34,694 bases of DNA from Candidatus Firestoneibacteriota bacterium (GTDB taxonomy: Bacteria; Oederibacteriota; D2-FULL-39-29; JBBTED01), in the NCBI GenBank assembly GCA_038042445.1, contig JBBTED010000050.1, positions 1-34,694 of the forward strand, given 5' to 3'. A program made the position numbers and the translations under genes. The notes beneath the pieces are model-generated. The model saw nothing but the letters and a program-made list of their open reading frames with translations, ran no database searches and was not told the origin of the DNA. Positions 1 to 9,013 of this stretch are shown one piece after another (positions within the stretch are counted from its first letter, which is position 1; every line of letters begins with the position of its first letter).

Positions 1-2288
1 GATACAGTTACCCATTGACCACCAGTTATGATAGTTTCAGCAGCAAATTGTAATGGTTCGCTATGCGCAAAATTTTCAAATCTGCCATATCTTGCAATAC
101 AACCATCAACAGGAAAATTATATTTAGGAAATACATCTTCATAAGTTCCAATACCCCAGCCAATTAACATTTTATCCTTAATCATCTCAATTGTGCTTTT
201 CCAGATGCTAATTCTACCATACGCAAAAGGGTCTGTATTCATTCTATTTAAAAGCTGTGGAATAACAATTGCAGAAAAAACTACAAAACAAATTAAAATT
301 ATGAGCAATATTTTTCTCTTTTGTTTCACCAACAACATTCCAGCTAATGTTATAAGTAATACTATAAATAATGCTAAAAAACCTCCGCGTGATTTTGTCA
401 AAAACAAAGCAGGCAAAGACACTATCAGTAATACAATAGCAATCAATTTCTCGCTTTTCTTTGTTTTATCATTATATAGCAAAAAGTTTATTGCTAATCC
501 AATTGCAGAAACTATATATCCTGCTAATAAATTTGGATTTGGAAAACAAGCACTTATCCTGACTTTATTAAAAAATAAAAATTCGGATATGCCCCATATA
601 GACACAATTACAGATGAACCAATAATAACATAAAACAAATTTACTGTAGTTGCTGATTTATCAGCTATTTTTTTTGCCGATAAATCGGCAACTACAAATG
701 ATGAATTTATTATTACATAATAAAATAATACATATATATATATCTGGACAATTTGTGCCAAACTGGCATATTTATGGACAGAATAAAATGCAGAAAAACT
801 CACCCATACAAGAAAAACCAATAAAGGCAAACTAATTGAAGAAATTTTAATCTCCTCTTTTGTTTTCAAAACAAGATATGCAAGTAACAGGATAGATAAA
901 TTTATAATAGTAAGTGCCAATGGCGTTTTCCCGCCTTGCAAAAAAGGAGCAAAGAACAAAAGAAAATACAATAAAAAATTCAGCAACCAGTCTTTTTTCA
1001 ATTTCAAATTAAAAGAATTAGATAAAGATTTTAAACCGGATATTGGGTATATTATCGCCATCATTACCCACCATATAAAACTTAATTCCCACAAATATGC
1101 ATCAAAATCAAAAAAATTATGAACCAAAAAACCAAAACATGCAGAAATAAGTGCAATATAATGTTGTGGCAAAGACACTGTGTTTAACCTTTTAATGGCT
1201 TTGAATATTGCATATACTGCAAATACAATAAATGAAAACATACCTAAAATTCCAACTTCTGCTCCAAGTTGAAGATAAAAATTATGTGCATATTGCGCAT
1301 AAAATATTTTTTCGGATTTTAAATTCAAAAACTCAGCACCATAAGTGCCAAGTCCTTTTCCTAAAAAAGGGCTATCCATCATAAGTACAAGTGCAGATTT
1401 CCAGTAATGCAAACGTGCTATTACTGAATTAGCAGGGCTATGTATATCCTTGAAAACATCTATACGCTCTTTTAATATAAAAATACCACCTACCAAAAAA
1501 ATTATACTTATTATTAAAAGAAATAATGGTTTTATTTTCCCTGTTTTGCCATACAAATTATTCAGCAAAATAAAAAATATTATTGTGCAAAAAAAAGCAA
1601 ACCATCCTGCAACTGAATGTGTAAGATATAAAGCAAAAACAAAAATTGCAGTAAGGATTATATAAAAAACTTTTAAATAAGAATGTTTTTCAGTCAAAAC
1701 ACTGCTTATAGCAATTGGAATTATCATAATAAAATATCCTGCAAGTGAATTTGGATAAAGAAATGTTGAAAAAATTCTCTTTGCTATTAAATTCTTCTGT
1801 ATTTCACCGACATCAGAAATACTTTTCCAATCAATAGATTTTAGAGTATCCGCAAATCCATAAAAATATTGGTATAATCCATATAGTGCAACAAATATAC
1901 CGGTAAAAATTATTATAAAATTTATACGTTTAACACTATTAAAGTCATTAAACAAATCCGAAACTATTACATATATTAAAAAATAATATAATATTTTTTT
2001 TACCTCATAAAATGTTGTATTCAAATAAGAAGACACAAATATTGAAATAATTGACATAGATACAAAAACTATCAATGCTTTATCCGGGATGGAGAATTTT
2101 TGTGCAAAAAACTTTCTGGATAACAGCCATAAAAGCGATGCACATAAAATTAATATTTGAATCAGGTTTAAAGAACTTAAAAAAAGTCTTTCACTGATTA
2201 ATGGAGTTAAAAATAATATTGCAAGAAGAATTTTTCTAATTAACTCATTAAACGTAAAGCTTGTGCTGGTAAATGTATTTTTCAACAT
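1..2288 (-). CDS. Membrane protein with two tandem O-antigen ligase/polymerase (WaaL/Wzy_C-like) modules; 3' end runs off the window
   Basis: Absent from the ORF track, consistent with no in-window stop. I translated the start, both motif regions and the linker by hand from ATG 2288 (MLKNTFTSTSFTFNELIRKILLAILFLTP...). Module 1: RIFSTFLYPNSLAGY, RLHYWKSAL, PFLGKGLGTY, YAHNFYLQLGAEVGILG, VHNFFDF. The linker at about 1075-960 stays in frame. Module 2: RISACFPNPNLLAGY, LTKSRGG, RISIWKS, IGWGIGTY, FAHSEPLQFAAET. Confidence 0.85.
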   Translation of the reverse strand, partial: MLKNTFTSTSFTFNELIRKILLAILFLTPLISERLFLSSLNLIQILILCASLLWLLSRKFFAQKFSIPDKALIVFVSMSIISIFVSSYLNTTFYEVKKILYYFLIYVIVSDLFNDFNSVKRINFIIIFTGIFVALYGLYQYFYGFADTLKSIDWKSISDVGEIQKNLIAKRIFSTFLYPNSLAGYFIMIIPIAISSVLTEKHSYLKVFYIILTAIFVFALYLTHSVAGWFAFFCTIIFFILLNNLYGKTGKIKPLFLLIISIIFLVGGIFILKERIDVFKDIHSPANSVIARLHYWKSALVLMMDSPFLGKGLGTYGAEFLNLKSEKIFYAQYAHNFYLQLGAEVGILGMFSFIVFAVYAIFKAIKRLNTVSLPQHYIALISACFGFLVHNFFDFDAYLWELSFIWWVMMAIIYPISGLKSLSNSFNLKLKKDWLLNFLLYFLLFFAPFLQGGKTPLALTIINLSILLLAYLVLKTKEEIKISSISLPLLVFLVWVSFSAFYSVHKYASLAQIVQIYIYVLFYYVIINSSFVVADLSAKKIADKSATTVNLFYVIIGSSVIVSIWGISEFLFFNKVRISACFPNPNLLAGYIVSAIGLAINFLLYNDKTKKSEKLIAIVLLIVSLPALFLTKSRGGFLALFIVLLITLAGMLLVKQKRKILLIILICFVVFSAIVIPQLLNRMNTDPFAYGRISIWKSTIEMIKDKMLIGWGIGTYEDVFPKYNFPVDGCIARYGRFENFAHSEPLQFAAETIITGGQWVTV

Positions 2289-2850
2289 CTGAATGGACCA
2301 AACATTTTATATTCTTTCCTGTTTTTATACGCACTCTGATTTCTGTAGAAGAAATATTGGTATGTGTCACTTTCATAAAATGAACTTTTTCTGTTGAATC
2401 CAAATACTTCGCAATTTTCTTTTTTAAATGTAGAGTGTCATATCCCGGCCTGCTTACTACTATAAAGTGACATATATCAACTAACTCATTAAAATTTTTC
2501 CATGTATGTATTTCCTGCATTGCATCTACACCAAGTATAAAAAAAATATGCGCTTTGTTTTTATATAATTTTTGTATATATTTTACAGTGTCTATAGAAT
2601 ATGATTTGCCTTTTCTATTTAATTCAACAGGAGAAATTTTAAAATTGGGATTTTTAGATATTGCAAGTTTAACCATTTTATATCTATGTTTAGCATTTGT
2701 ATCTTTAATTACTTTATGTGGTGGTAAATAAGAGGGGATGAAAATTATTTTGTCTAATTTAAATTTACAAAGGACATCATCTGCAACTATCAAATGACCC
2801 AGATGAATAGGATTAAATGTTCCTCCAAATATTCCTATTTTAGAAGGCAT
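2248..2850 (-). CDS. nadD: Nicotinate-nucleotide adenylyltransferase
   Basis: GIFGGTFNPIHLGH (HxGH motif), PPHK, SYSIDT, ILGVDA, ISSTEIR. Confidence 0.96.
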   Translation of the reverse strand: MPSKIGIFGGTFNPIHLGHLIVADDVLCKFKLDKIIFIPSYLPPHKVIKDTNAKHRYKMVKLAISKNPNFKISPVELNRKGKSYSIDTVKYIQKLYKNKAHIFFILGVDAMQEIHTWKNFNELVDICHFIVVSRPGYDTLHLKKKIAKYLDSTEKVHFMKVTHTNISSTEIRVRIKTGKNIKCLVHSDVEKYIYQHKLYV

Positions 2851-5644
2851 GGCCTATAGCAATATAATAAACTTCTCCTATAGATGAATCTGTGCGCTTT
2901 GCTATATCAAAACGCAATATAACCGGCATAGATTCAAGTAAAAAGGTATGTAACCGTAAACCAACACCAACACTATTTTTAAAATTGCTCCATGAAAATT
3001 GAGAACCATCCATCCATGCAATACCATTATCCGTAAATACAGCAGCTTTTAATTTTTTTATTAAAAGCCAGTTGTATGGCCAGAGCAAAAAATCTATTTT
3101 TTTAAATAATACAAATCTAAATTCACCATTTAAAAGGAGCAATTTCTCACCGTTAATCTCTCCATTTTTATATCCCCTTAAATCACTTCCACCGCCCGTA
3201 ACAAACACTCCACGGTCTGTATCTGTACTTATTCCAAAAAATGGTCTGAATGCAAACACATTTTCTTTTGCAACATTCCAATAATATTGATGCTCTGTAA
3301 ATACATTAGTAAATCTTTTATTAGCTGACAACCAATTATCTGCACGTAGGACAGTAATATTTTGTGCTGAATTATCAATTGGCTCATCTATATTCCAGCT
3401 CATTTTATCACGAACAAATGATACTCCAACACTATTCACACGGTCAGTACTACTGCTATCCCCGTCAAAATGTTCTTCTATACGGTTATATGCTGAAAAA
3501 CTCAAGTCTACACGGTAATACCTGTCTAAAGGATAACGTGTAATCAAACTAACACCTTCATCCTGAACAAAATATTTTGTAATATAATTGTCGTCATTAT
3601 CATAACCTTTAACATAAGTTCTCCACCTGAAAACACTTGCACCAAAATTAATTCTCCATTTGTAGCACAAATAATTAATCTGATATCCAAAATGATAGTC
3701 TTTTAAATAATCCCCCATTAACTCTATTGAATGATCCCCAAATAAATCACTTAGAGATGTATAAACCCCTCCAAATAAACCACTTGCAGTATCATACGAA
3801 AATAACAAATATATCAAATCAAATGACAAACCAAATTCATAAGGTCTACTTGGGGATTTTGAATATTTCCTGTATGCCCCTTCTTCATTTTGAGATCCTT
3901 CGCTTCGCTCAGGATGACCCTTTGGGTCATTCTCATTTTGCGATATTTCTATTTTGTCTTTTTTAAACTCTGGAGTATCCATTATATAAATATTACTGCA
4001 TCCATTTTCAAAAGAACTAAAAATTATTCGCTTTCCATCATAAGAAAATTTTGGAGTTAAAACCCCTATTCGCACATCAGTCACCTGCATAATCGCATGG
4101 TCTGTAATATCTATAATATATAGATTGTATTTTCCGTTTCTATCAGATGAAAAAATTATATGTTTGTTATCAGAATTCCAAAAAGGAGATATATTTTCAA
4201 AATTATCTGCAACAAGTGGCGAAATATTATTATTATCCAAATTTATAAGATAAATACCTCTGCCTCTGTTTCTCTCTGAAACATACGCAATTGTTTTACC
4301 ATCAAAAGAACAAACAGGATAATCATCATCATATCTATCATTTGTCAGTTGTTTTATTTCTTTAGTTTTTAAATTTGCTATGTATATATCGCTTATACCA
4401 TTTTTTGTTCCCACAAAAGTAATTCTCTCGTTATCAGACAACCAAGATGGCGAACTTACAAAATCACAACCCCAATTTTCCTCATACTCAATAGAAGAAT
4501 TTTCAATGTTATATATATAAATATAATATTTGCCATTTGCTTTTGCTGAAAAAACAAGATATTTGCCATTTGGAGAGTATGAAACTGCATTTCCGAAACT
4601 TGAAATACTCTCAAATTTTTGTCTGAATAAAGGTTTTGTAGAAAAATTCGTTAAATCCACAGTATATATATCAAGATAATTATCCATGTCAGAAAGAAAT
4701 ACTGCCTTTTCTCCATCAGGTGAAAATGAAGGTTTAATATTAAATGTAAGATTGTCTTTTGTGTCAAGAGTAACAGCATTTCCATAAAATTCTGCATCTT
4801 TTTTACCCTGAACCTGCCCCCAGTATTTTTCTTTCATATAAAAAAGCCATTTCCTGTTTAATTCATCAACCCCTATACCTATAGTATTTGTAAATGCCTG
4901 ATTTAATGTCATATATGGCTTTTGATACTCTCTCATAAACTGGCCTATTTTATCTTCTCCATAATTTTGTGCTATATAATCAAATATACTTTGTGCTTCT
5001 TTATACATCAATACCACTTCTCTCCCATCAAAATGATTAAAACTTTCTAATTGTATTATTGGCTGTAATCTTTCAGAAATTGCAGCATCACGCAGTATCA
5101 TCTCAGTATAACTTTTATCAGAATCTTCGGCATAATACTCAGCCATTCCTTCCATAACCCATAATGGAATAAAAGGAGAGCGTAAAAGTCTGTAGGATTT
5201 TGCAAGCCCCCCATAAAGCACTTCAAATTGAATTCTGTGCACGAATTCATGTGTGATAACTTCTTCAACACGTCTTGGAGAACTTACAAGTGGAAGAGAA
5301 ATTCTATCTTTTAAAGCTTCTGTAAATCCACCTGTTCCTTCACCAATATATCCAGAAATAATATTGGTCTGCTCAAATTCAGGATGATTACGATATAGAA
5401 ATAATAACACTGGTGCATCAGGATAAACCTGTATACTTTTTGTAACTTTTTTATAAGCTCTTTCAGCCATAAATGCAGCTTCTCTTACAACATCTTCTTC
5501 TTCAGGATAAAAATACAATTCAAAATTATCAGTTTCAAGGATTTGCCAGTCAAATGTACGATATGTAACTTTATTCTGGCCAAAAGGTAATATTGCAAAA
5601 GCCAAAGATGGAAATAAAAAAATAAAAGTTAATATTTTTAACAT
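2840..5644 (-). CDS. Omp85/BamA-TamA family outer-membrane protein with N-terminal gluzincin-like peptidase domain and TolB-like PD40 beta-propeller
   Basis: Signal peptide; FGQNKV; HEFVH...PLWVMEGMAEY; repeated PSFSPDG/YSPNGK/PVCSFDGK propeller blades; barrel motifs DLRGY and SVGVGLR; C-terminal Phe (AIGHAF). Confidence 0.85.
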   Translation of the reverse strand: MLKILTFIFLFPSLAFAILPFGQNKVTYRTFDWQILETDNFELYFYPEEEDVVREAAFMAERAYKKVTKSIQVYPDAPVLLFLYRNHPEFEQTNIISGYIGEGTGGFTEALKDRISLPLVSSPRRVEEVITHEFVHRIQFEVLYGGLAKSYRLLRSPFIPLWVMEGMAEYYAEDSDKSYTEMILRDAAISERLQPIIQLESFNHFDGREVVLMYKEAQSIFDYIAQNYGEDKIGQFMREYQKPYMTLNQAFTNTIGIGVDELNRKWLFYMKEKYWGQVQGKKDAEFYGNAVTLDTKDNLTFNIKPSFSPDGEKAVFLSDMDNYLDIYTVDLTNFSTKPLFRQKFESISSFGNAVSYSPNGKYLVFSAKANGKYYIYIYNIENSSIEYEENWGCDFVSSPSWLSDNERITFVGTKNGISDIYIANLKTKEIKQLTNDRYDDDYPVCSFDGKTIAYVSERNRGRGIYLINLDNNNISPLVADNFENISPFWNSDNKHIIFSSDRNGKYNLYIIDITDHAIMQVTDVRIGVLTPKFSYDGKRIIFSSFENGCSNIYIMDTPEFKKDKIEISQNENDPKGHPERSEGSQNEEGAYRKYSKSPSRPYEFGLSFDLIYLLFSYDTASGLFGGVYTSLSDLFGDHSIELMGDYLKDYHFGYQINYLCYKWRINFGASVFRWRTYVKGYDNDDNYITKYFVQDEGVSLITRYPLDRYYRVDLSFSAYNRIEEHFDGDSSSTDRVNSVGVSFVRDKMSWNIDEPIDNSAQNITVLRADNWLSANKRFTNVFTEHQYYWNVAKENVFAFRPFFGISTDTDRGVFVTGGGSDLRGYKNGEINGEKLLLLNGEFRFVLFKKIDFLLWPYNWLLIKKLKAAVFTDNGIAWMDGSQFSWSNFKNSVGVGLRLHTFLLESMPVILRFDIAKRTDSSIGEVYYIAIGHAF
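3892..3930. repeat. Palindromic repeat, family A (GTCATCCTGAGCGAAGCGAAGGATCTC type) with ATGACCC-N3-GGGTCAT cap, in frame within the Omp85 gene
   Basis: GAGATCCTTCGCTTCGCTCAGGATGACCCTTTGGGTCAT; near-identical copy at 19400-19439; encodes NDPKGHPERSEGS. Confidence 0.9.
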
Positions 5645-5654
5645 ATATGTCTAT

Positions 5655-5690
5655 AAAAAATTATGGTTTGGTGAAAGAAGACAAACCATA
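5655..5690 (-). terminator. Hairpin with U-rich tail downstream of tRNA-Met
   Basis: TATGGTTTG (5662-5670) and CAAACCATA (5682-5690) form a 9-bp stem, followed by ATTTTTT on the minus strand. Confidence 0.55.
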
Positions 5691-5703
5691 GTCAAAAAAT
5701 AAA

Positions 5704-5777
5704 TAGCGGCGCAGGGACTCGAACCCCGGACAAGCGGATTATGATTCCGCTGCTCTAACCAGCTGAGCTACGCCGCC
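5704..5777 (-). tRNA. tRNA-Met(CAT), probably elongator; CCA not encoded
   Basis: GGCGGCGTAGCTCAGCTGGTTAGAGCAGCGGAATCATAATCCGCTTGTCCGGGGTTCGAGTCCCTGCGCCGCTA folds as a cloverleaf with anticodon CAT and a TTCGA T-loop. It lacks the initiator C1:A72 mismatch and the three-GC anticodon stem. Ile2 is not fully excluded. Confidence 0.93.
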
Positions 5778-5787
5778 GTATTAGGAA

Positions 5788-5817
5788 ATTATAGCAGAAT
5801 CAAATAGTTTTTGTCTA
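5788..5817 (-). promoter_or_regulatory. sigma70-type promoter for tRNA-Met
   Basis: TAGACA-N18-TATAAT with extended -10 (TGC TATAAT), 10 nt upstream of the tRNA. Confidence 0.7.
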
Positions 5818-5886
5818 TTTGATTTTTTCATTTTTGGAAATATGATGATTATGAATATGAAATAGAGCAAATACATTATAAATATA

Positions 5887-6561
5887 TCAATATTTTATAC
5901 TACAAATAATTCTGTTGCCTATAGGGTCAAAACTAAACAGTAAGCTTGATGTTTTAGTTGTTTCGTAAGACAAAGAAATATCTACTACTTCAATAATTTT
6001 TGTTATTGCAAATGCTCCAACACCTATATACCAAAGAACAGGTTTATTTTCTTTTTCCCAAGCAATAACTGGAAAAAGCATGGCACTTTCAAGCCCTAAA
6101 TAAATCCACCCTTTATGGACCTGTCCTGTATAAAAGTGCCCTCCCCCAGGAATTATAATTGATAATATACTACTTGTTAATGTTGAATTTGCTGTTTGTG
6201 TAGGACATTGTTCGCTTGTATTTTCCCATAGATGTGTCAATGCCAATCCAAATAATCCTCCAGTTACTCCTGATGATACATCTTTCCAATCAAAACTTCC
6301 ACCTGAATTACTATCATATATTTCTTTTCCCAAATTACTCGCAATAACTGTACCTATAGGAAATAGATGATATTTATCATTCCACCCCCATTTTTTTTCA
6401 AATTGGGTTATACTTGCAGACAAAGAAAAAGATACACTAAAATGCAACCACTTGTCATAATCTATTTCTAAAAATTGGTCTTTTGCAAAACCTATACCTG
6501 ACGCAATAGTTACCAATAACAATATTGCAATCACTAAATTTTGAAAATGTATTTTTCTCAT
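5887..6561 (-). CDS. Hypothetical exported/membrane protein (YfiM/VanZ-like DKxxH region plus IPGGGHFY-type region)
   Basis: Signal peptide; DKWLHF...GKEIYD...FDWKD; SIIIPGGGHFYTG. Confidence 0.6.
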   Translation of the reverse strand: MRKIHFQNLVIAILLLVTIASGIGFAKDQFLEIDYDKWLHFSVSFSLSASITQFEKKWGWNDKYHLFPIGTVIASNLGKEIYDSNSGGSFDWKDVSSGVTGGLFGLALTHLWENTSEQCPTQTANSTLTSSILSIIIPGGGHFYTGQVHKGWIYLGLESAMLFPVIAWEKENKPVLWYIGVGAFAITKIIEVVDISLSYETTKTSSLLFSFDPIGNRIICSIKY

Positions 6562-6694
6562 ATTTTTTTGTTATTTAATTATACATATTATAAAAAATAA
6601 AATCAAAATAAAAAATTATGCTCCTTGTTTCACAGTATAACATAATAAGTATATTGATTTTTGCTTTAAATATTACTATAATTTATAATTAATA

Positions 6695-7360
6695 ATGAAT
6701 AGACATACAAAAAGAATAATTTATGTTTTTGTTTTTTTGCATTTTATTTTGTTTTTAAGAATTCCTTCTATATATGGATACAATAATCCAAAACCAGAAG
6801 AAGGATTGAGTGCTTATTTTAACTTTAGAACGCAAACCATTGACAAAATAGACGTTCTGGATTGTTATGCTTCTCCTATAACTTCTGCTGAAGCAAATGT
6901 TCCCTTGAAATATTTCTCTGAAATTTTGGAGGATTTTGGACTTTACATATCAGCAGATTTTTATGGTTCTATAGTACGGATAATAGGAACACCTTTTTCA
7001 GAAAGCTATTCATTGCATTTAAAACATCATTTTTATAAATCAGAATCATTTAATACCACTTTGTTTACTGGAATTGCTTATAATAACAACATCTTAGATA
7101 ATTCTGGTGGACTTTCCTTGGACACAGGAATTATTTTGGGCTACGATGTATTTGACTGGATAAGATTATATTCTCCTTTAACATTATCATTTTATTCAGA
7201 TGGTTTTGCTTTTAATACACAAGTAGGAATTAGACCTTATGCTTTTTTTATGGTAACAGGTTTAGATATTTCTATTGGATGGAAAATTATTTCAAAATAT
7301 AGCTTTTCAAGAACAGACAATTTCGTATACTCCAAATTGGGGTTAGGTTTTGGATTTTAA
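6695..7360 (+). CDS. Hypothetical protein, possible outer-membrane beta-barrel
   Basis: N-terminal hydrophobic signal, alternating amphipathic segments, C-terminal KLGLGFGF. Confidence 0.55.
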   Translation: MNRHTKRIIYVFVFLHFILFLRIPSIYGYNNPKPEEGLSAYFNFRTQTIDKIDVLDCYASPITSAEANVPLKYFSEILEDFGLYISADFYGSIVRIIGTPFSESYSLHLKHHFYKSESFNTTLFTGIAYNNNILDNSGGLSLDTGIILGYDVFDWIRLYSPLTLSFYSDGFAFNTQVGIRPYAFFMVTGLDISIGWKIISKYSFSRTDNFVYSKLGLGFGF

Positions 7361-7361
7361 G

Positions 7362-8063
7362 ATGAAAAATATAATCCTGCTTACAGTAGCAATATTTATT
7401 ATCATAGGATGTTCAAAAGCTCCGTTTGATATTATTCCTGTATCTTCTGATTATATAATTCCTAAATTTGCGAACAAAGACTTTGTAGATATTGATAAAA
7501 TTATGGAAATAAGCAAATTCAGATCCTCTACAGGACATGATTATTCAGACAGTTTTGAAAGCAACCGTTCTATGAAGCATTATTATTATCCTTATGATAA
7601 ATATAAAGGTGATGATAATACAATAAAAATTTATTCTCCGGTTGATGGTTTTATTAATAGAACTTCCTTAGAGAGTGCTAACCAAGCTAACGATGAACAA
7701 GTACATATTAATCCTTATGGACATCCTTATATGACTATTATTTTGTTTCATATTAATTGTCTTATTAATCCAGGAGAAAAAGTAACCGCAGGACAGCATA
7801 TTGGATATGCTAGTCTTTCTCCAAAAAATGGAATTGTTATTGGAGGATTTGATATAGCTATTAAAATAAGCACAAAAAAAGGCAGTAAACTTATCTCATA
7901 TTTTGACATAATGACTGATGAATTGTTTGCTATCTATCAAATAAAAGGTATTCCAAATCGCGAAACATTAATAATAAGTAAAGAATGGCGTGATAATAAT
8001 TCTGCTAATTTTTCTGGCAGGGATGAAAATAATTTTGTAAGATTTACAGAAATCTCTTACTGA
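7362..8063 (+). CDS. Lipoprotein with M23-peptidase-like (hybrid motif) fold
   Basis: Start better placed at ATG 7362 (MKNIILLTVAIFIIIG-C lipobox); KIYSPVDG, LFHI, GEKVTAGQHIG. Confidence 0.55.
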   Translation: MKNIILLTVAIFIIIGCSKAPFDIIPVSSDYIIPKFANKDFVDIDKIMEISKFRSSTGHDYSDSFESNRSMKHYYYPYDKYKGDDNTIKIYSPVDGFINRTSLESANQANDEQVHINPYGHPYMTIILFHINCLINPGEKVTAGQHIGYASLSPKNGIVIGGFDIAIKISTKKGSKLISYFDIMTDELFAIYQIKGIPNRETLIISKEWRDNNSANFSGRDENNFVRFTEISY

Positions 8064-8064
8064 A

Positions 8065-8421
8065 TTAATACCCGGTTTTTCTTATTTGTTTCTCATCAAG
8101 ACCAAAATAATGTGCAAATTCATGAATTACTACTTCTTTCACTGTATTATCTACATCCTCTTCTGAATTACACAATGACTCTATGTTATTTTTAAATATA
8201 GTAATCTTGTCTGGAAGTACATTATTATACCAAAATCCTCTTTCTGAAATAGGAACTCCCTGATATAACCCCAGCATTATCCCTTTATTTTTTTTTGTTT
8301 TTTTAGGATAATCTTCTATTACTATATCAATATTTTCTAATTTGACTTTGAATTCATCAGGTAAAGTTTCAATACACTGAATAACTAATGATTCTATTTT
8401 TTCTCTGGTAATTTCCATCAT
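8065..8421 (-). CDS. Zincin-like metallopeptidase family protein (Zincin_1)
   Basis: LGLYQGVP, LPDKITIF, VVIHEFAHYFG. Confidence 0.88.
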   Translation of the reverse strand: MMEITREKIESLVIQCIETLPDEFKVKLENIDIVIEDYPKKTKKNKGIMLGLYQGVPISERGFWYNNVLPDKITIFKNNIESLCNSEEDVDNTVKEVVIHEFAHYFGLDEKQIRKTGY

Positions 8422-8438
8422 TCATTTATCTGAATCTT

Positions 8439-9008
8439 TCAGTCTGTTGCAATGACTGTTTTAAGTGATAGATTTGTTAGCCAAATTATCCCTATGCTGT
8501 TTAATTTAATGCTAACATTATATTCGCTGTATTCTCCTGAATTAAATTTGTTTTCAAAATAATGCCACTTATTATCAAGGACAGTTTCTATTTTGGATAT
8601 TATTGTTCTTGGCATTGTTTCAAAAAAAGGAGTTGCCAAAATAGCAATTGATGATTTAGTTGTTCCTGTATCAACCTTATACCAGCCTGAAAAAATATAG
8701 TCAGCATTTTCATCAAGAATTGGTTTCTGAACTATTAAAACATACGCGCTTTGGTATTTGGAACAATTTAATTTGCCACTGTATTTAACTTTACTATCCG
8801 GAGTATCTATATCCTGTATAAATTCGCCTGTATTCTTTGACTGGTCAAAAACCCAATTGCTTAGTTTACCAGCTACAAGCACCGACATATCTCCATTGCT
8901 CAAAAATTCCTGTATTTTTTCACACCAAGAATTTGTAAACCAAAGAAATATAATTAAAAAAGGGGAATACAGCAACATTGTATTCCCCCTTGAAAAAATC
9001 TTACACAT
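8439..9008 (-). CDS. Exported protein with carbohydrate-binding (CBM4/9-like) jelly-roll domain
   Basis: Signal-like LLYSPFLIIFLWF (true start may be the second Met); LSNGDM, YIFSGWYK, KWHYFENKF, IWLTNLSL. Confidence 0.55.
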   Translation of the reverse strand: MCKIFSRGNTMLLYSPFLIIFLWFTNSWCEKIQEFLSNGDMSVLVAGKLSNWVFDQSKNTGEFIQDIDTPDSKVKYSGKLNCSKYQSAYVLIVQKPILDENADYIFSGWYKVDTGTTKSSIAILATPFFETMPRTIISKIETVLDNKWHYFENKFNSGEYSEYNVSIKLNSIGIIWLTNLSLKTVIATD

Positions 9009-9013
9009 TAAAC

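Noticed and set aside
1..40. Ligase module 2 departs from the expected ETGxxG pattern (reads ETIITGGQWVTV) at the window edge
   Set aside because: Too little sequence to separate divergence from a contig-end artefact.
193..1665. Plus-strand ORFs 193-633, 650-835 and 1450-1665
   Set aside because: Antisense shadows of the long minus-strand O-antigen-ligase gene; no motifs.
5704..8063. Hypothetical genes beside tRNA-Met as a possible integrated island
   Set aside because: They lie 5' of the tRNA, and I saw no integrase or duplicated tRNA 3' end.
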